A stretch of DNA of 57,649 bases, taken from positions 1-57,649 of the forward strand of contig DASZRC010000038.1 of NCBI GenBank assembly GCA_035549315.1, in the 5' to 3' direction. Both the position numbers and the translations under genes were made by a program. How positions within the stretch are numbered: position 1 is the first letter of the stretch; every line of letters starts with the position of its first letter. The notes under the pieces were generated by a model that saw only the letters and a program-made list of their open reading frames with translations, was not told the DNA's origin and did not search any database. Of this stretch, positions 39,838 through 48,288 are shown piece after piece. The DNA is from Patescibacteria group bacterium. GTDB taxonomy: Bacteria; Patescibacteriota; Microgenomatia; Levybacterales; GWA1-39-11.

Positions 39838-41622
39838 TTATTTGTTTAGTAGCCATTTATAAAAATCTTCGTAGGGTAGGCTGTTTAGAATATCTTTTTT
39901 TTCACACCAACCGCGTCTGGCAACAGAAACTCCATAAAACATGTGATCCATCTGGTCTGTTGCGTGACTGTCAGTATCTATTACAAATTTTACGCCAAGT
40001 TCTCTTGCTTCAAAAACAAGTGAATCTACAAGGTCTAGGCGGGTAGGCCATGCATTAATTTCTATTGCCTTGTTGTTTTCAACGCAAAACTTAAAAATCT
40101 TGTCATAATCCAACTGATATCCATCCCTTTGGTTTATAAGTCTGCCGCTGGGATGCGCAAGAATTTTTGCTTTGGGGTGAGACAAACCTTTTAAAACTCT
40201 TTCCGTCATTTTTTCCTTGGGAGTTTTAAACACGCTATGTATTGAGACAATTGCTCCATCCACATATTCCAATGCCTCGTCATCTATTGCAAGATCCCCT
40301 GAAGGTAAAATATCAAGTTCGAGCATGTTAATTACTCGAATACTTTTATTACTCTTTTTAATTTGTTCAATATATTCAAAACGCCTTTTCATTATTGAAA
40401 TAATTTGTTCCTTAGTATGGTTAGATGTGCTTGGGTGGTGTTCTGAAAATGCTAAGTACTCATATCCTAACTTCCTTGCGTAATCTAACATGTTTTGCAT
40501 AGTGTTCTGTCCCATATCATGACTTGGCTCTATGGGATAACTAGAGTGTATGTGGAGATCTCCTTTAATATCCTTCAGTTCAACTAATTTCGGTAAACCA
40601 GGTAGTTTACCCTGAGCTTGCCGAAGGGCTGCTTCTATTTCTCCTTTGTTCTCACGAATCTCCGGAGGAATCCAATCAAGTCCTAAAAAATTATAAAATG
40701 CTTCCTCTTTTTCAAAAGTTTTAACCGGTTGGTCTTTTTCTTTAAGTAATTTAATCCCTTTTTCTGACAAAGAAAAATTTTTCTTAAGTGAGTATTCACG
40801 TAAAGCAACATTGTGGTATTTGCTCCCCGTAAAATGTTGGAGAAGTGAACCAAAGGTTTCCGGAGTTTGGGCAATAAGGTCTACTTGTCTTCCGCCAGTA
40901 ACCAAAATAGATGAAGACGTTGGCCCTCTTTCAATAATTCTTTCAATATTTGGGTAATTAACAAAATGATTAATAGATTCTTCCGGATTTGTTGTTGCAA
41001 CTGCAAAATCTAAATCGCCAATTGTGTCTCTCATGCGTCTTAATGACCCCAATGGGAAAACTTGTGTAGTGTTTTTGTCTTTTCTAAGATATGCTTCTAT
41101 CTTTTTTGCTAGCTCGAATGCGTAGGGAAGTGGCATTCTGTTTGATTTTATTTTTCCTTGGCTAAATTCATCTAGGGCACGAATAATATCTGTTTGGGAT
41201 TTTTCTCCAAATGTCTCAAGTTCTGCAATGCGTCCGTCAATTGCTGCTTTCTTAAGGTCTTCATAAACAGTCTTTGGGTTATTAAGGTTTAAAGCAGTGA
41301 CGAGTTTATATGCTTTTTTGGGTCCAAGACTTGTAACATCCAAGAGTGGAAAAACACTTGCCGGTACCATAGAGGTTATTTCATCAAAATGCTTAAAGTG
41401 ACCATTCTTGTAAAGCTCTACAAGATGGGCGCGAATTGATGTACCAATACCTGGTATTTTTTCTTCTTCTTTCAGTAAATCCCCAAGCTCTGTGGGCAAA
41501 TGTGCAATTGCATCTGCGGCTTTTTGATAAGCAAGAAGCTGGAATAGATATTTTTTCTCGTCTTTTATGGAATAGGCGGCGGCTACATTTCTAAGAAGTT
41601 TAGCAACTTCGTGGTTAGTCAT
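39838..41622 (-). CDS. polX: family X DNA polymerase with C-terminal PHP phosphoesterase domain
   Basis: 594 aa. HhH N-terminus (NHEVAKLLRNVAAAY), GSLRRMRDTIGDLDF, and the PHP region (GDLHIHSSY...). Confidence 0.9.
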   Translation of the reverse strand: MTNHEVAKLLRNVAAAYSIKDEKKYLFQLLAYQKAADAIAHLPTELGDLLKEEEKIPGIGTSIRAHLVELYKNGHFKHFDEITSMVPASVFPLLDVTSLGPKKAYKLVTALNLNNPKTVYEDLKKAAIDGRIAELETFGEKSQTDIIRALDEFSQGKIKSNRMPLPYAFELAKKIEAYLRKDKNTTQVFPLGSLRRMRDTIGDLDFAVATTNPEESINHFVNYPNIERIIERGPTSSSILVTGGRQVDLIAQTPETFGSLLQHFTGSKYHNVALREYSLKKNFSLSEKGIKLLKEKDQPVKTFEKEEAFYNFLGLDWIPPEIRENKGEIEAALRQAQGKLPGLPKLVELKDIKGDLHIHSSYPIEPSHDMGQNTMQNMLDYARKLGYEYLAFSEHHPSTSNHTKEQIISIMKRRFEYIEQIKKSNKSIRVINMLELDILPSGDLAIDDEALEYVDGAIVSIHSVFKTPKEKMTERVLKGLSHPKAKILAHPSGRLINQRDGYQLDYDKIFKFCVENNKAIEINAWPTRLDLVDSLVFEARELGVKFVIDTDSHATDQMDHMFYGVSVARRGWCEKKDILNSLPYEDFYKWLLNK

Positions 41623-41628
41623 AGGGAT

Positions 41629-41657
41629 ATTTTAAACCAGAATTGACTCGAACTCAA
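41629..41657 (-). promoter_or_regulatory. sigma70-like promoter of polX (leaderless geometry)
   Basis: On the minus strand: TTGAGT (41657-41652), 17-nt spacer, TAAAAT (41634-41629). The ATG at 41622 is 6 nt downstream. Confidence 0.4.
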
Positions 41658-41671
41658 TAAATTGAGATAAT
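41643..41671 (+). promoter_or_regulatory. sigma70-like promoter of tRNA-Asp
   Basis: TTGACT (41643-41648), 17-nt spacer, GATAAT (41666-41671). The tRNA starts 15 nt downstream. It overlaps the divergent polX promoter. Confidence 0.5.
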
Positions 41672-41686
41672 ATAGCCTATCAATTT

Positions 41687-41763
41687 GGGGGCGTAGCTCA
41701 GTTGGTTAGAGCGCCTCCCTGTCACGGAGGAGGTCGCGGGTTCGAGTCCCGTCGCTCCCGCCA
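41687..41763 (+). tRNA. tRNA-Asp (anticodon GTC), CCA encoded
   Basis: Hand-folded cloverleaf: acceptor GGGGGCG/CGCTCCC, anticodon arm CCTCC-CTGTCAC-GGAGG, T arm GCGGG-TTCGAGT-CCCGT, 3' GCCA. Confidence 0.9.
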
Positions 41764-41820
41764 CATTCGTTTAGCATGGATGTGGCCCGCTACCCAATTG
41801 ATTTCCCCAAAAAGAACGTC

Positions 41821-41849
41821 TTGACAACCTGTTTAGTAAAGTTTATATT
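41821..41849 (+). promoter_or_regulatory. sigma70-like promoter of the LysM gene
   Basis: TTGACA (41821-41826), 17-nt spacer, TATATT (41844-41849). Confidence 0.5.
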
Positions 41850-41908
41850 TTACTGAAACTGCTCACTGTCCACGAGTTTTATTATTCTCTGTCCGCAAAA
41901 ATTATTAT

Positions 41909-42541
41909 ATGCCAAGAAAAAAGGTATCAGTTAAAAAATCGAGTAAAAAAGAGGTAGTCTTAAAAAGAAACGTCTCTACTTCTCCCATAGCAAAATCTTA
42001 CATAAGTCTTCTTTATGGTGTTTTATCAGTCGTAATACTTTTTGTAATTATATTTTTAGGTCTTAAGGCATTATCGGCTAGACCAAATCCTCAAATTTCA
42101 GATCAGGCGGCAAACACAGAAGCAAAAGTTACTTACACCGTAAAAACGGGTGATAGTTTGTGGACAATTGCCCAAGATCAGCTTAAGGATGGATACCAAT
42201 GGACAAGAATTGCAGAGGCGAATAAGATTTCTGACCCAAATATTATAGAAAAGGGTATGGTTCTCACAATGCCAGCCATAGAAACTCCAACCGTATCTCC
42301 TACCGTGTCTCCAAAGCCAACCACGGTTCCAACAGCACCTATAGCTATGCAGTCAGCACCAAACTCAGCCGGCTCAAAAATAACAGGGTCTAGTTACACT
42401 GTTGTAAGGGGAGACAATCTTTGGGATATAGCAGTAAGAGCATATGGAGACGGATACAAATGGACAGAAATTGCCAAAGCAAATAACCTTGCAAACCCTA
42501 GAATAATCCATTCAGGTAACAAATTCATATTACCTCGTTAG
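41909..42541 (+). CDS. membrane-anchored protein with two LysM peptidoglycan-binding domains
   Basis: 210 aa, TM anchor. Two LysM repeats (YTVKTGDSLWTIAQ...MVLTMP and YTVVRGDNLWDIAV...NKFILP) separated by a Pro/Thr linker. Confidence 0.85.
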   Translation: MPRKKVSVKKSSKKEVVLKRNVSTSPIAKSYISLLYGVLSVVILFVIIFLGLKALSARPNPQISDQAANTEAKVTYTVKTGDSLWTIAQDQLKDGYQWTRIAEANKISDPNIIEKGMVLTMPAIETPTVSPTVSPKPTTVPTAPIAMQSAPNSAGSKITGSSYTVVRGDNLWDIAVRAYGDGYKWTEIAKANNLANPRIIHSGNKFILPR

Positions 42542-42610
42542 TTGTTTTAATTTCCCTAAGATTATAAAATAGCCATTATTGCGTTTGTACTATAAAGTGT
42601 AGGCGCTGAA

Positions 42611-42645
42611 GCGGGCGTAGTTCACCGGTAGAATGTCTCCTTCCC
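42611..42645 (+). repeat. orphan copy of the 5' half of tRNA-Gly(CCC): acceptor, D arm, anticodon stem and loop through the anticodon
   Basis: The 35 nt gcgggcgtagttcaccggtagaatgtctccttccc are identical to 42995-43029. Identity stops right after the third anticodon base. Confidence 0.9.
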
Positions 42646-42994
42646 CCACCAAAAGTTCGCTTTGCTCTCAATTTGGCGGACCCGCCAGAATGCTTCAGCT
42701 TTCGGCGGGCAAGGTGTATTATGAAAGCATGTATTATACTTATGTTCTTTTATGTAGTAGTGTAAAAGATGGTAGGCATGAATTTTATACTGGTTTTTCT
42801 GCAAATTTACCTGAAAGAGAAATAGATTACAAGACTAAAAGTGTTAAAACAACTAAGAAATTTGATAAAATCGAACTCGTATATTTTGAAGCTTGCCTTA
42901 ATAAAGTCGATGCAATGAAAAGAGAGAAACAATTGAAAACAGGATTTGGTAGAGGCTATATTAAGAGAAGATTGGAAAGTTATATAAATACGTT
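42646..42994 (+). mobile_element. GIY-YIG mini-cassette (349 bp) bracketed by the duplicated tRNA-Gly 5' half
   Basis: This interval between the two 35-nt copies holds a GC-rich hairpin (CCCGCC 42681-42686 / GGCGGG 42704-42709) and a single GIY-YIG ORF. No other gene is present. Confidence 0.6.
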
Positions 42995-43004
42995 GCGGGC
43001 GTAG
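42729..43004 (+). CDS. small GIY-YIG nuclease-family protein
   Basis: 91 aa from ATG 42729: MYYTYVLL...EFYTGFS...REKQLKTGFGRGYIKRRL. The listed ORF 42633..43004 is an N-terminal over-extension into the tRNA fragment. AAGGTG lies upstream. The stop TAG (43002-43004) lies inside the tRNA-Gly gene. Confidence 0.75.
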   Translation: MYYTYVLLCSSVKDGRHEFYTGFSANLPEREIDYKTKSVKTTKKFDKIELVYFEACLNKVDAMKREKQLKTGFGRGYIKRRLESYINTLRA

Positions 43005-43066
43005 TTCACCGGTAGAATGTCTCCTTCCCAAGGAGAAGGCAGTGGGTCCGATTCCCATCGCCCGCT
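42995..43066 (+). tRNA. tRNA-Gly (anticodon CCC), CCA not encoded
   Basis: Hand-folded: acceptor GCGGGCG/CGCCCGC, anticodon arm TCTCC-TTCCCAA-GGAGA, T arm GTGGG-TCCGATT-CCCAT, discriminator T. Confidence 0.85.
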
Positions 43067-43067
43067 C

Positions 43068-43517
43068 ATGAAGAATAATTCCAAAATAAGTTTATTAGAC
43101 AGAGTCTGGAGCTTAAAAGCTGTTATTCTTTCATTTGGAATTGCGTTAGGTATAATGCTTTTCGTTGGCATATTTTGGACCAGCGTTAAATACGAGAATT
43201 ACGACAAAACTCACCACTTTTACTTGAATAGAGGATTATTTGGAACATGGGCGGGTGAGGGTTCACCTAATACTAAAGTTTATTTTCCTTTTGTTAAAGT
43301 ACCGTTTGTTGAAACTATTGAGCCGCTCGGAAATAATAAAATTGCAAAAATAATAGATGTTTCTATATTTGTTCCAGATCTTTTAGTGATTATGCTAATA
43401 TGCTATCCTCTTGCATTAGCAATTGTTCGTAGTTTAGACAAGAAATACAACTTTTTCTATTTAATAATATTTGTATTGGATTGCTGGTTATATTTTAGTT
43501 GGTTTCCCAGAGTTTAA
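43068..43517 (+). CDS. small membrane protein, unknown function
   Basis: The listed ORF starts at 43017 inside the tRNA. In-frame ATG 43068 (MKNNSKISLL...) lies 2 nt after the tRNA. Three or four hydrophobic helices. Confidence 0.55.
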   Translation: MKNNSKISLLDRVWSLKAVILSFGIALGIMLFVGIFWTSVKYENYDKTHHFYLNRGLFGTWAGEGSPNTKVYFPFVKVPFVETIEPLGNNKIAKIIDVSIFVPDLLVIMLICYPLALAIVRSLDKKYNFFYLIIFVLDCWLYFSWFPRV

Positions 43518-43560
43518 AATTAACAATTGACTCAATTAGAGCATTTTGATAATATAAATC

Positions 43561-45231
43561 GTGCCGCTCAAGAATTCTTCAAAACATAAAACAAAATACA
43601 TTTTTGTCTCCGGGGGAGTCATTTCAGGCATCGGAAAAGGTATTACGGCCGCCTCAATAGCATTACTTCTAAAAGCCAGGGGTCTTAGGGTTGCTCCATT
43701 AAAGTTTGAAAATTATCTCAATTTAGACGCAGGCACAATTAATCCCATAGAGCATGGAGATCCATTTCTGTGTGAAGACGGTACAGAGGGCGATATGGAC
43801 ATTGGGTCTTATGAAAAATTCTTAGACGAGGATATGGGACGCGACAACTTTGTCACTATGGGGAGGATTTACCAAACCGTAATAGATAGAGAAAGGCGCT
43901 TTGAATATAACGGAGAAGACGTTGAGGCAATACCTCATATAACAGATGAAATTATTTCAAGAATTACTACTCTTGCCAAAAAAAGTGACGCAGATGTTGT
44001 TTTGGTAGAACTTGGAGGAACAGCAGGGGAATATCAAAATGTATTTTATTATGAAGCTTCCCGTATTTTGACCCTTAAGAATCCAGGAGATGTTGTGCAT
44101 ATTCACGTAAGTTATGTTCCAACGCCAAGCCATTTGGGAGAACCTAAAACCAAACCAACTCAACTATCTGTAAGAACTCTCAACTCTATGGGAATTCAGC
44201 CTGACTTTATAGTTGCAAGAAGTGAAAAATATCTTGACCAAAGAAGGCGCGACCGTTTTGCACTCTTTTGCAATATGGAAGGGGAAGCTATTATTTCCAA
44301 TCCGGATGTGGAAACAGTATATGAAATTCCATTGGTGCTTCATAAACAAGAGTTGGATAAAAAAATCCTCACTAAATTAGGCTTGAAAATAGAGAAATCA
44401 AATCTTTCTGCCTGGGAAGAATTGGTAAGAAAGATTAAAGCTCCAAAGAAAAAGACAATAAATATTGCAATCATTGGTAAATATTTTGGTACGGGGGAAT
44501 ACCAGATAAGAGATTCTTATGCGGCCCTTTTTGATGCAATAGATCATGCTTCATGGTTTAACGGGTTAGAAGTTAAAACCCATTGGATTGATGCTGAAAA
44601 GCTTGAAAAGACAGACGCTAAAGAGCTTATAGGTAAGCCTGATGGTATTATAGTTCCAATTGGATGGGGTTTGAGAGGGGCTGAGGGTATGATAAAGGCA
44701 GCTTCCTATGCCAGAGAAAATAAAATTCCATATTTAGGATTATGTTACGGAATGCAGTTGGCGGCCATTGCCTTTGCTCGAGACGTTTTGGGTTTTAAAG
44801 ATGCAAATACTACAGAAAATGATCCTGATTCAAAACATCCGGTGATACATATCATAGAAGCTCAAAAAGAACATATGAAAAATAGGGCATACGGCGGAAC
44901 AATGAGGCTCGGTGGTTGGGAGGCAATAGTTAAAAAGGGAACAAGAGCTTTTGATTTTTACTCAAAATATGGGGATATTGATAAAAAAACCGGATTAACT
45001 TCAGAAAGGCACAGGCACAGATTTGAGTTTAATAACAAGTTTGCAGAGGATTTTGAGAGGAAGGGGCTTATAATTAGCGCCAGATCTGTTAAGGAAAGTC
45101 TAGTTGAGATACTCGAGTTACCGGCTTCCGCCCACCCCTTTTATATGGGTACTCAAGGCCATCCGGAATATAAAAGCAGACCTCTTAAGCCACATCCTTT
45201 CTTTATTGAGTTCCTCAAAGCTTGTGCATAA
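43561..45231 (+). CDS. pyrG: CTP synthase
   Basis: 556 aa. KYIFVSGGVISGIGKGITAAS, plus the GATase domain (GLCYGMQ, HRHRFEFN). GTG start. Confidence 0.97.
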   Translation: MPLKNSSKHKTKYIFVSGGVISGIGKGITAASIALLLKARGLRVAPLKFENYLNLDAGTINPIEHGDPFLCEDGTEGDMDIGSYEKFLDEDMGRDNFVTMGRIYQTVIDRERRFEYNGEDVEAIPHITDEIISRITTLAKKSDADVVLVELGGTAGEYQNVFYYEASRILTLKNPGDVVHIHVSYVPTPSHLGEPKTKPTQLSVRTLNSMGIQPDFIVARSEKYLDQRRRDRFALFCNMEGEAIISNPDVETVYEIPLVLHKQELDKKILTKLGLKIEKSNLSAWEELVRKIKAPKKKTINIAIIGKYFGTGEYQIRDSYAALFDAIDHASWFNGLEVKTHWIDAEKLEKTDAKELIGKPDGIIVPIGWGLRGAEGMIKAASYARENKIPYLGLCYGMQLAAIAFARDVLGFKDANTTENDPDSKHPVIHIIEAQKEHMKNRAYGGTMRLGGWEAIVKKGTRAFDFYSKYGDIDKKTGLTSERHRHRFEFNNKFAEDFERKGLIISARSVKESLVEILELPASAHPFYMGTQGHPEYKSRPLKPHPFFIEFLKACA

Positions 45232-45242
45232 ATATGCTAGCC

Positions 45243-45271
45243 TTGAAAGATTAGCTTAGCTTTAGTATAAT
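45243..45271 (+). promoter_or_regulatory. sigma70-like promoter of rplS (leaderless geometry)
   Basis: TTGAAA (45243-45248), 17-nt spacer, TATAAT (45266-45271). The ATG at 45280 is 8 nt downstream. Confidence 0.55.
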
Positions 45272-45279
45272 AATGACCT

Positions 45280-45558
45280 ATGGATATTGTAGATACACTT
45301 CGTGAAGGCCAAACAGTAAAAGTCTTCCAAAAAATTGTTGACGGTAAAAGGGAAAGAATAGTTCCTTTTGTGGGAAAACTAATGAAAGTTAGAGGAGAGG
45401 GTGTAAATAAAACCATCACCGTTAAACAAAACTTAGAGGGCGTAGACGTAGAAAAAATCTTTCCGGTTGTTTCACCAACAATAACAAAAATAGAAATCGT
45501 TATAGTAGCTGAAAAGAAAAGAAAATCTAAAAAATCTTCAAAAGGCAAAAGAAAATAA
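45280..45558 (+). CDS. rplS: 50S ribosomal protein L19 (short form with Lys-rich tail)
   Basis: 92 aa. LREGQTVKVFQKIVDGKRERIVPFVGKLMKVRGEGVNKTITVKQ...GVDVEKIFPVVSP aligns by eye with E. coli L19 [36 protein letters not shown]...GVERVFQTHSP. Confidence 0.8.
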   Translation: MDIVDTLREGQTVKVFQKIVDGKRERIVPFVGKLMKVRGEGVNKTITVKQNLEGVDVEKIFPVVSPTITKIEIVIVAEKKRKSKKSSKGKRK

Positions 45559-45667
45559 TTTCTCTAGCACTTCCTTAACTTCTTTCATTTCTCTTACACC
45601 TATCTTGTTGCTTTATCAAAGTGCTTAGCTATTATTTTATCAATGATAGCAAAGGAGGTGATAAAGA

Positions 45668-45802
45668 ATGGCTAGAAAACAAAGTAAAGGTCGCGGATGG
45701 CACGGTGACTCACAAGGACACGCAGCTGCCGGAAGGAAGGGCGGACTTGCTAGCAGGAGAGGCAAGCAGGGCTCAAATGAAAATCAACAGCAAGCACTAT
45801 AA
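45668..45802 (+). CDS. 44-aa basic KGG-motif (general-stress-like) protein
   Basis: Strong SD AAGGAGGTG 6-7 nt upstream of ATG 45668. Translation: MARKQSKGRGWHGDSQGHAAAGRKGGLASRRGKQGSNENQQQAL. It replaces the listed 45621..45818 ORF, which is in a different frame. A terminator follows. Confidence 0.65.
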   Translation: MARKQSKGRGWHGDSQGHAAAGRKGGLASRRGKQGSNENQQQAL

Positions 45803-45816
45803 TTTTTTGGTGAGGT

Positions 45817-45844
45817 AAAAGCAGGTGTAAGTTTGCCTGCTTTT
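45817..45844 (+). terminator. rho-independent terminator after the KGG gene
   Basis: AAAAGCAGG (45817-45825), 10-nt loop, CCTGCTTTT (45836-45844). Confidence 0.6.
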
Positions 45845-45873
45845 ACTGTAACATTTTAGCCTCACCGAATTGC

Positions 45874-45902
45874 TTGACGATTTTTCAGGCTTTAGATAGT
45901 AT
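45874..45902 (+). promoter_or_regulatory. sigma70-like promoter of the 45942 gene
   Basis: TTGACG (45874-45879), 17-nt spacer, TAGTAT (45897-45902). The palindrome TACGTAA-gtt-TTACGTA (45909-45925) follows. Confidence 0.45.
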
Positions 45903-45941
45903 TAGAAATACGTAAGTTTTACGTAAATATAGATATTATCT

Positions 45942-46439
45942 ATGCCCGATTTATTTGCGCTTAACTCAAACACTTTTCATTTGGGATCTTACTCTCTAAC
46001 AGTATCAAAGGGTCTATATGCTACAAAAATAAGAATGAATTGTTTGACTCCTGTAGTAAACACCAAGCAACTACCAAAGTCTTTTAAAATCCTTTCCCAA
46101 GAACTTCCGTCTATATTTAAATCCAAATGTTTTAATGATCAAGATTATCCATTTATGGAAGAAGCCAAGAGAACAGAGTTGGGGCACCTATTTGAACACA
46201 TAATGCTTGAATACATATGTATGGGTAAAATGGAAAAAGGTCTTAGACGAGTATCTGTTTCTGGGGTTACGGATTGGAATTGGAGGGTAGACCCTTATGG
46301 TACCTATAACATTACATTAAGAGTTGGGAAAATAGACCAGACGGTAATTGACGAAGCACTTAAAAAAACAATTCTACTATTTGATTCAATATTAGATACA
46401 AGATATTTACATACGAAAAAACAGATAGCGTCTTCATAA
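45942..46439 (+). CDS. hypothetical protein
   Basis: 165-aa ORF with its own promoter. It contains GHLFEHIML (an HxxEH-like string), but I recognise no family. Confidence 0.55.
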   Translation: MPDLFALNSNTFHLGSYSLTVSKGLYATKIRMNCLTPVVNTKQLPKSFKILSQELPSIFKSKCFNDQDYPFMEEAKRTELGHLFEHIMLEYICMGKMEKGLRRVSVSGVTDWNWRVDPYGTYNITLRVGKIDQTVIDEALKKTILLFDSILDTRYLHTKKQIASS

Positions 46440-46461
46440 CCATCTGTTTTTCCGTCTACTC

Positions 46462-46596
46462 TTATTCGTCTTGTTCGCTCATGTCAGTATCTATGTCTGA
46501 GTCTTCAAACTCCTGAGTTGTTTGTCCTCCTTTTGTTCCGGATTCGTCCTCCTCCGTTGTAAGGTTTTGGTCTTTGTTCATGTCATCCTGTGCCAT
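46462..46596 (-). CDS. 44-aa highly acidic small protein with one KGG motif
   Basis: Not in the ORF track (<60 aa). SD GGAGGTG 7 nt upstream of ATG 46596. Hand translation: MAQDDMNKDQNLTTEEDESGTKGGQTTQEFEDSDIDTDMSEQDE, stop TAA at 46464-46462. Confidence 0.5.
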   Translation of the reverse strand: MAQDDMNKDQNLTTEEDESGTKGGQTTQEFEDSDIDTDMSEQDE

Positions 46597-46731
46597 ATTC
46601 TATTCACCTCCTTCCTTAGAAATTATTGTTAGCTTTTGGGTTCTTGAGTATTTAAATGCCTTCATAAGCACCATATTAGATTGCTGGAATTATAATGCAA
46701 CAAGAAGCATGTAAGAAAAGCAAAAGAAGGG

Positions 46732-48288
46732 TTATCTAAACTTTAGTCCGGGGTCAGAATCCGTATTATATGGAATTTTAGTTTCTTCATTTGTTAGTTT
46801 GTATTTTTCAATTTTGTATCCATTTGGGAAGTTAATTGTGAGCACTGGCTTTGAAGATATTTTGATTTGATTCTTTGTCCACCATGCATCTCCTGTGATG
46901 TATTTATTAACAGGCGTTGGGGCAATCAGAAGATACGTAATTGGTTTCTTTGTAAAATAGGAACCGTTATGGTGGGTTTCTGCTGCATAAATCATGGCAT
47001 ATCTTCCTTCATATGCAAAAGAGTCCGGTGAATACACAAAATAACCAATATCTTTATCATTCCTTGCATAGATTTTATCCGTTGCTTCTTTTAAGAATTT
47101 CCAAGAGTGAGTGTCTTTTCCAATTATGTTTACAGAATCTTTCATATCTCTAATCCCGTTTGAAATATTGACCAAAAGTATCATACACAAGGGGATAATA
47201 AGATATTTTTCATATTTAGAATTAAGAAATGAAGAGATAATCAGAAACACCAATGGGAATAGGGGGAAGATGTAGAAGTAAAGAATAGGGCCTTTGTCTA
47301 TAAAACTTGTTATAAAAAACCCAAAGTAAAAATACAAAAAGTAAATATAAATATCTTTGTTTTTCCCTGCCCTAATTTGTAAATAAATTAGGAATAAGAC
47401 TGATAGAAAAAGGATAACATTAAGATATCCATATGCATCATGACGGAGAATCTCTGTTCCGTTAAATGCCATATCTATCCTGTTTTTAACTAGAGAAGTG
47501 TAATTGTAAATTTGGCCCTGGTCTTGTGGAGAAACAAAAGATGCAACCTTTTTAGCTAGTAAAAAGTCATGTCTAACATCAAATAACACAAAATTAGTAA
47601 ACATTAGGGGAATAAGTAAAAAGAAAAGAAGATGTTTTTTATTTCCTTTTTTAATTATAGAAACTACTATCCATAACGTAGAGAGAATTATAAATGGTAT
47701 GCCTAATGCTAGTTGAAATTGAAGAATAATTGCTTCAGTTACTAAAACAAAAACTAAAAATTTCCACTTTCTTGTTCGCATGTATTTTATAAAAAAGTAG
47801 AAGAAGGCGGGAATAAAAAACATAGCCCCATGTGGATTAAACAGCCCCATGGTATGGTAGCCCATGTAAACCGCCGTAAACATGGCAAAGAAAAGGCCCG
47901 AGAGCCGTCCAAAGAGTTCTTTGCCTATAAAATAGCATGAGACTACAAATAATCCGGAGAGGAGTACCCAGTACCATCCAACAACTATTGGGTTACCATG
48001 GCCAATTATATATGCGGGCCAGTCAACATAAGTCCACAAGGGTCCATGGAATAATCCAGTACTAGACCTAGGACCAATTAGAACAATTTTCTTTTCATTA
48101 ACTTCCCTGAGTAAATGAAAGTCTCGTGCAATATCTGCAGAAAAGGTTATGTCACCATGGGCTACGTACCAAGAAGAAAAAATAAAACTAAAAACAAAAA
48201 CGGCAATAATACCTATTTTTTGTAATAAAGACATTAAAGAGATTATAGCATTTAAAAGAAGATTATTTGTGGTTCTTTGGCCAAGCAT
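46732..48288 (-). CDS. ArnT/PMT-like (GT39-like) polytopic membrane glycosyltransferase
   Basis: 518 aa multi-TM. The first loop is SADIARDFHLLREV...GPRSSTGLFHGPLWTY. ATG 48288 overlaps the DinB gene by 26 nt. The alternative ATG 48234 (MSLLQKIG) lies 7 nt after a TATAAT. Confidence 0.6.
   Translation of the reverse strand: MLGQRTTNNLLLNAIISLMSLLQKIGIIAVFVFSFIFSSWYVAHGDITFSADIARDFHLLREVNEKKIVLIGPRSSTGLFHGPLWTYVDWPAYIIGHGNPIVVGWYWVLLSGLFVVSCYFIGKELFGRLSGLFFAMFTAVYMGYHTMGLFNPHGAMFFIPAFFYFFIKYMRTRKWKFLVFVLVTEAIILQFQLALGIPFIILSTLWIVVSIIKKGNKKHLLFFLLIPLMFTNFVLFDVRHDFLLAKKVASFVSPQDQGQIYNYTSLVKNRIDMAFNGTEILRHDAYGYLNVILFLSVLFLIYLQIRAGKNKDIYIYFLYFYFGFFITSFIDKGPILYFYIFPLFPLVFLIISSFLNSKYEKYLIIPLCMILLVNISNGIRDMKDSVNIIGKDTHSWKFLKEATDKIYARNDKDIGYFVYSPDSFAYEGRYAMIYAAETHHNGSYFTKKPITYLLIAPTPVNKYITGDAWWTKNQIKISSKPVLTINFPNGYKIEKYKLTNEETKIPYNTDSDPGLKFR

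Noticed and set aside
42646-42994. A group I (or other self-splicing) intron in the tRNA-Gly anticodon loop carrying a homing endonuclease
   Set aside because: A complete tRNA including its own 5' half follows the interval, not just a 3' exon. Only ~80 nt lie outside the GIY-YIG ORF, too little for a group I core (P3-P9). An insertion or duplication cassette fits better.
45621-45818. The listed 65-aa ORF (MLSYYFINDSKGGDKEW...)
   Set aside because: It has no ribosome-binding site and an atypical composition. The overlapping frame starting at 45668 has a perfect SD and encodes a recognisable KGG-motif peptide.
45942-46439. An M16 (pitrilysin-type) metalloprotease, based on the HxxEH-like string GHLFEHIML
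   Set aside because: The protein is only 165 aa, the motif is mid-protein, and the downstream Glu and the rest of the M16 fold are not evident. A single short motif is not enough.
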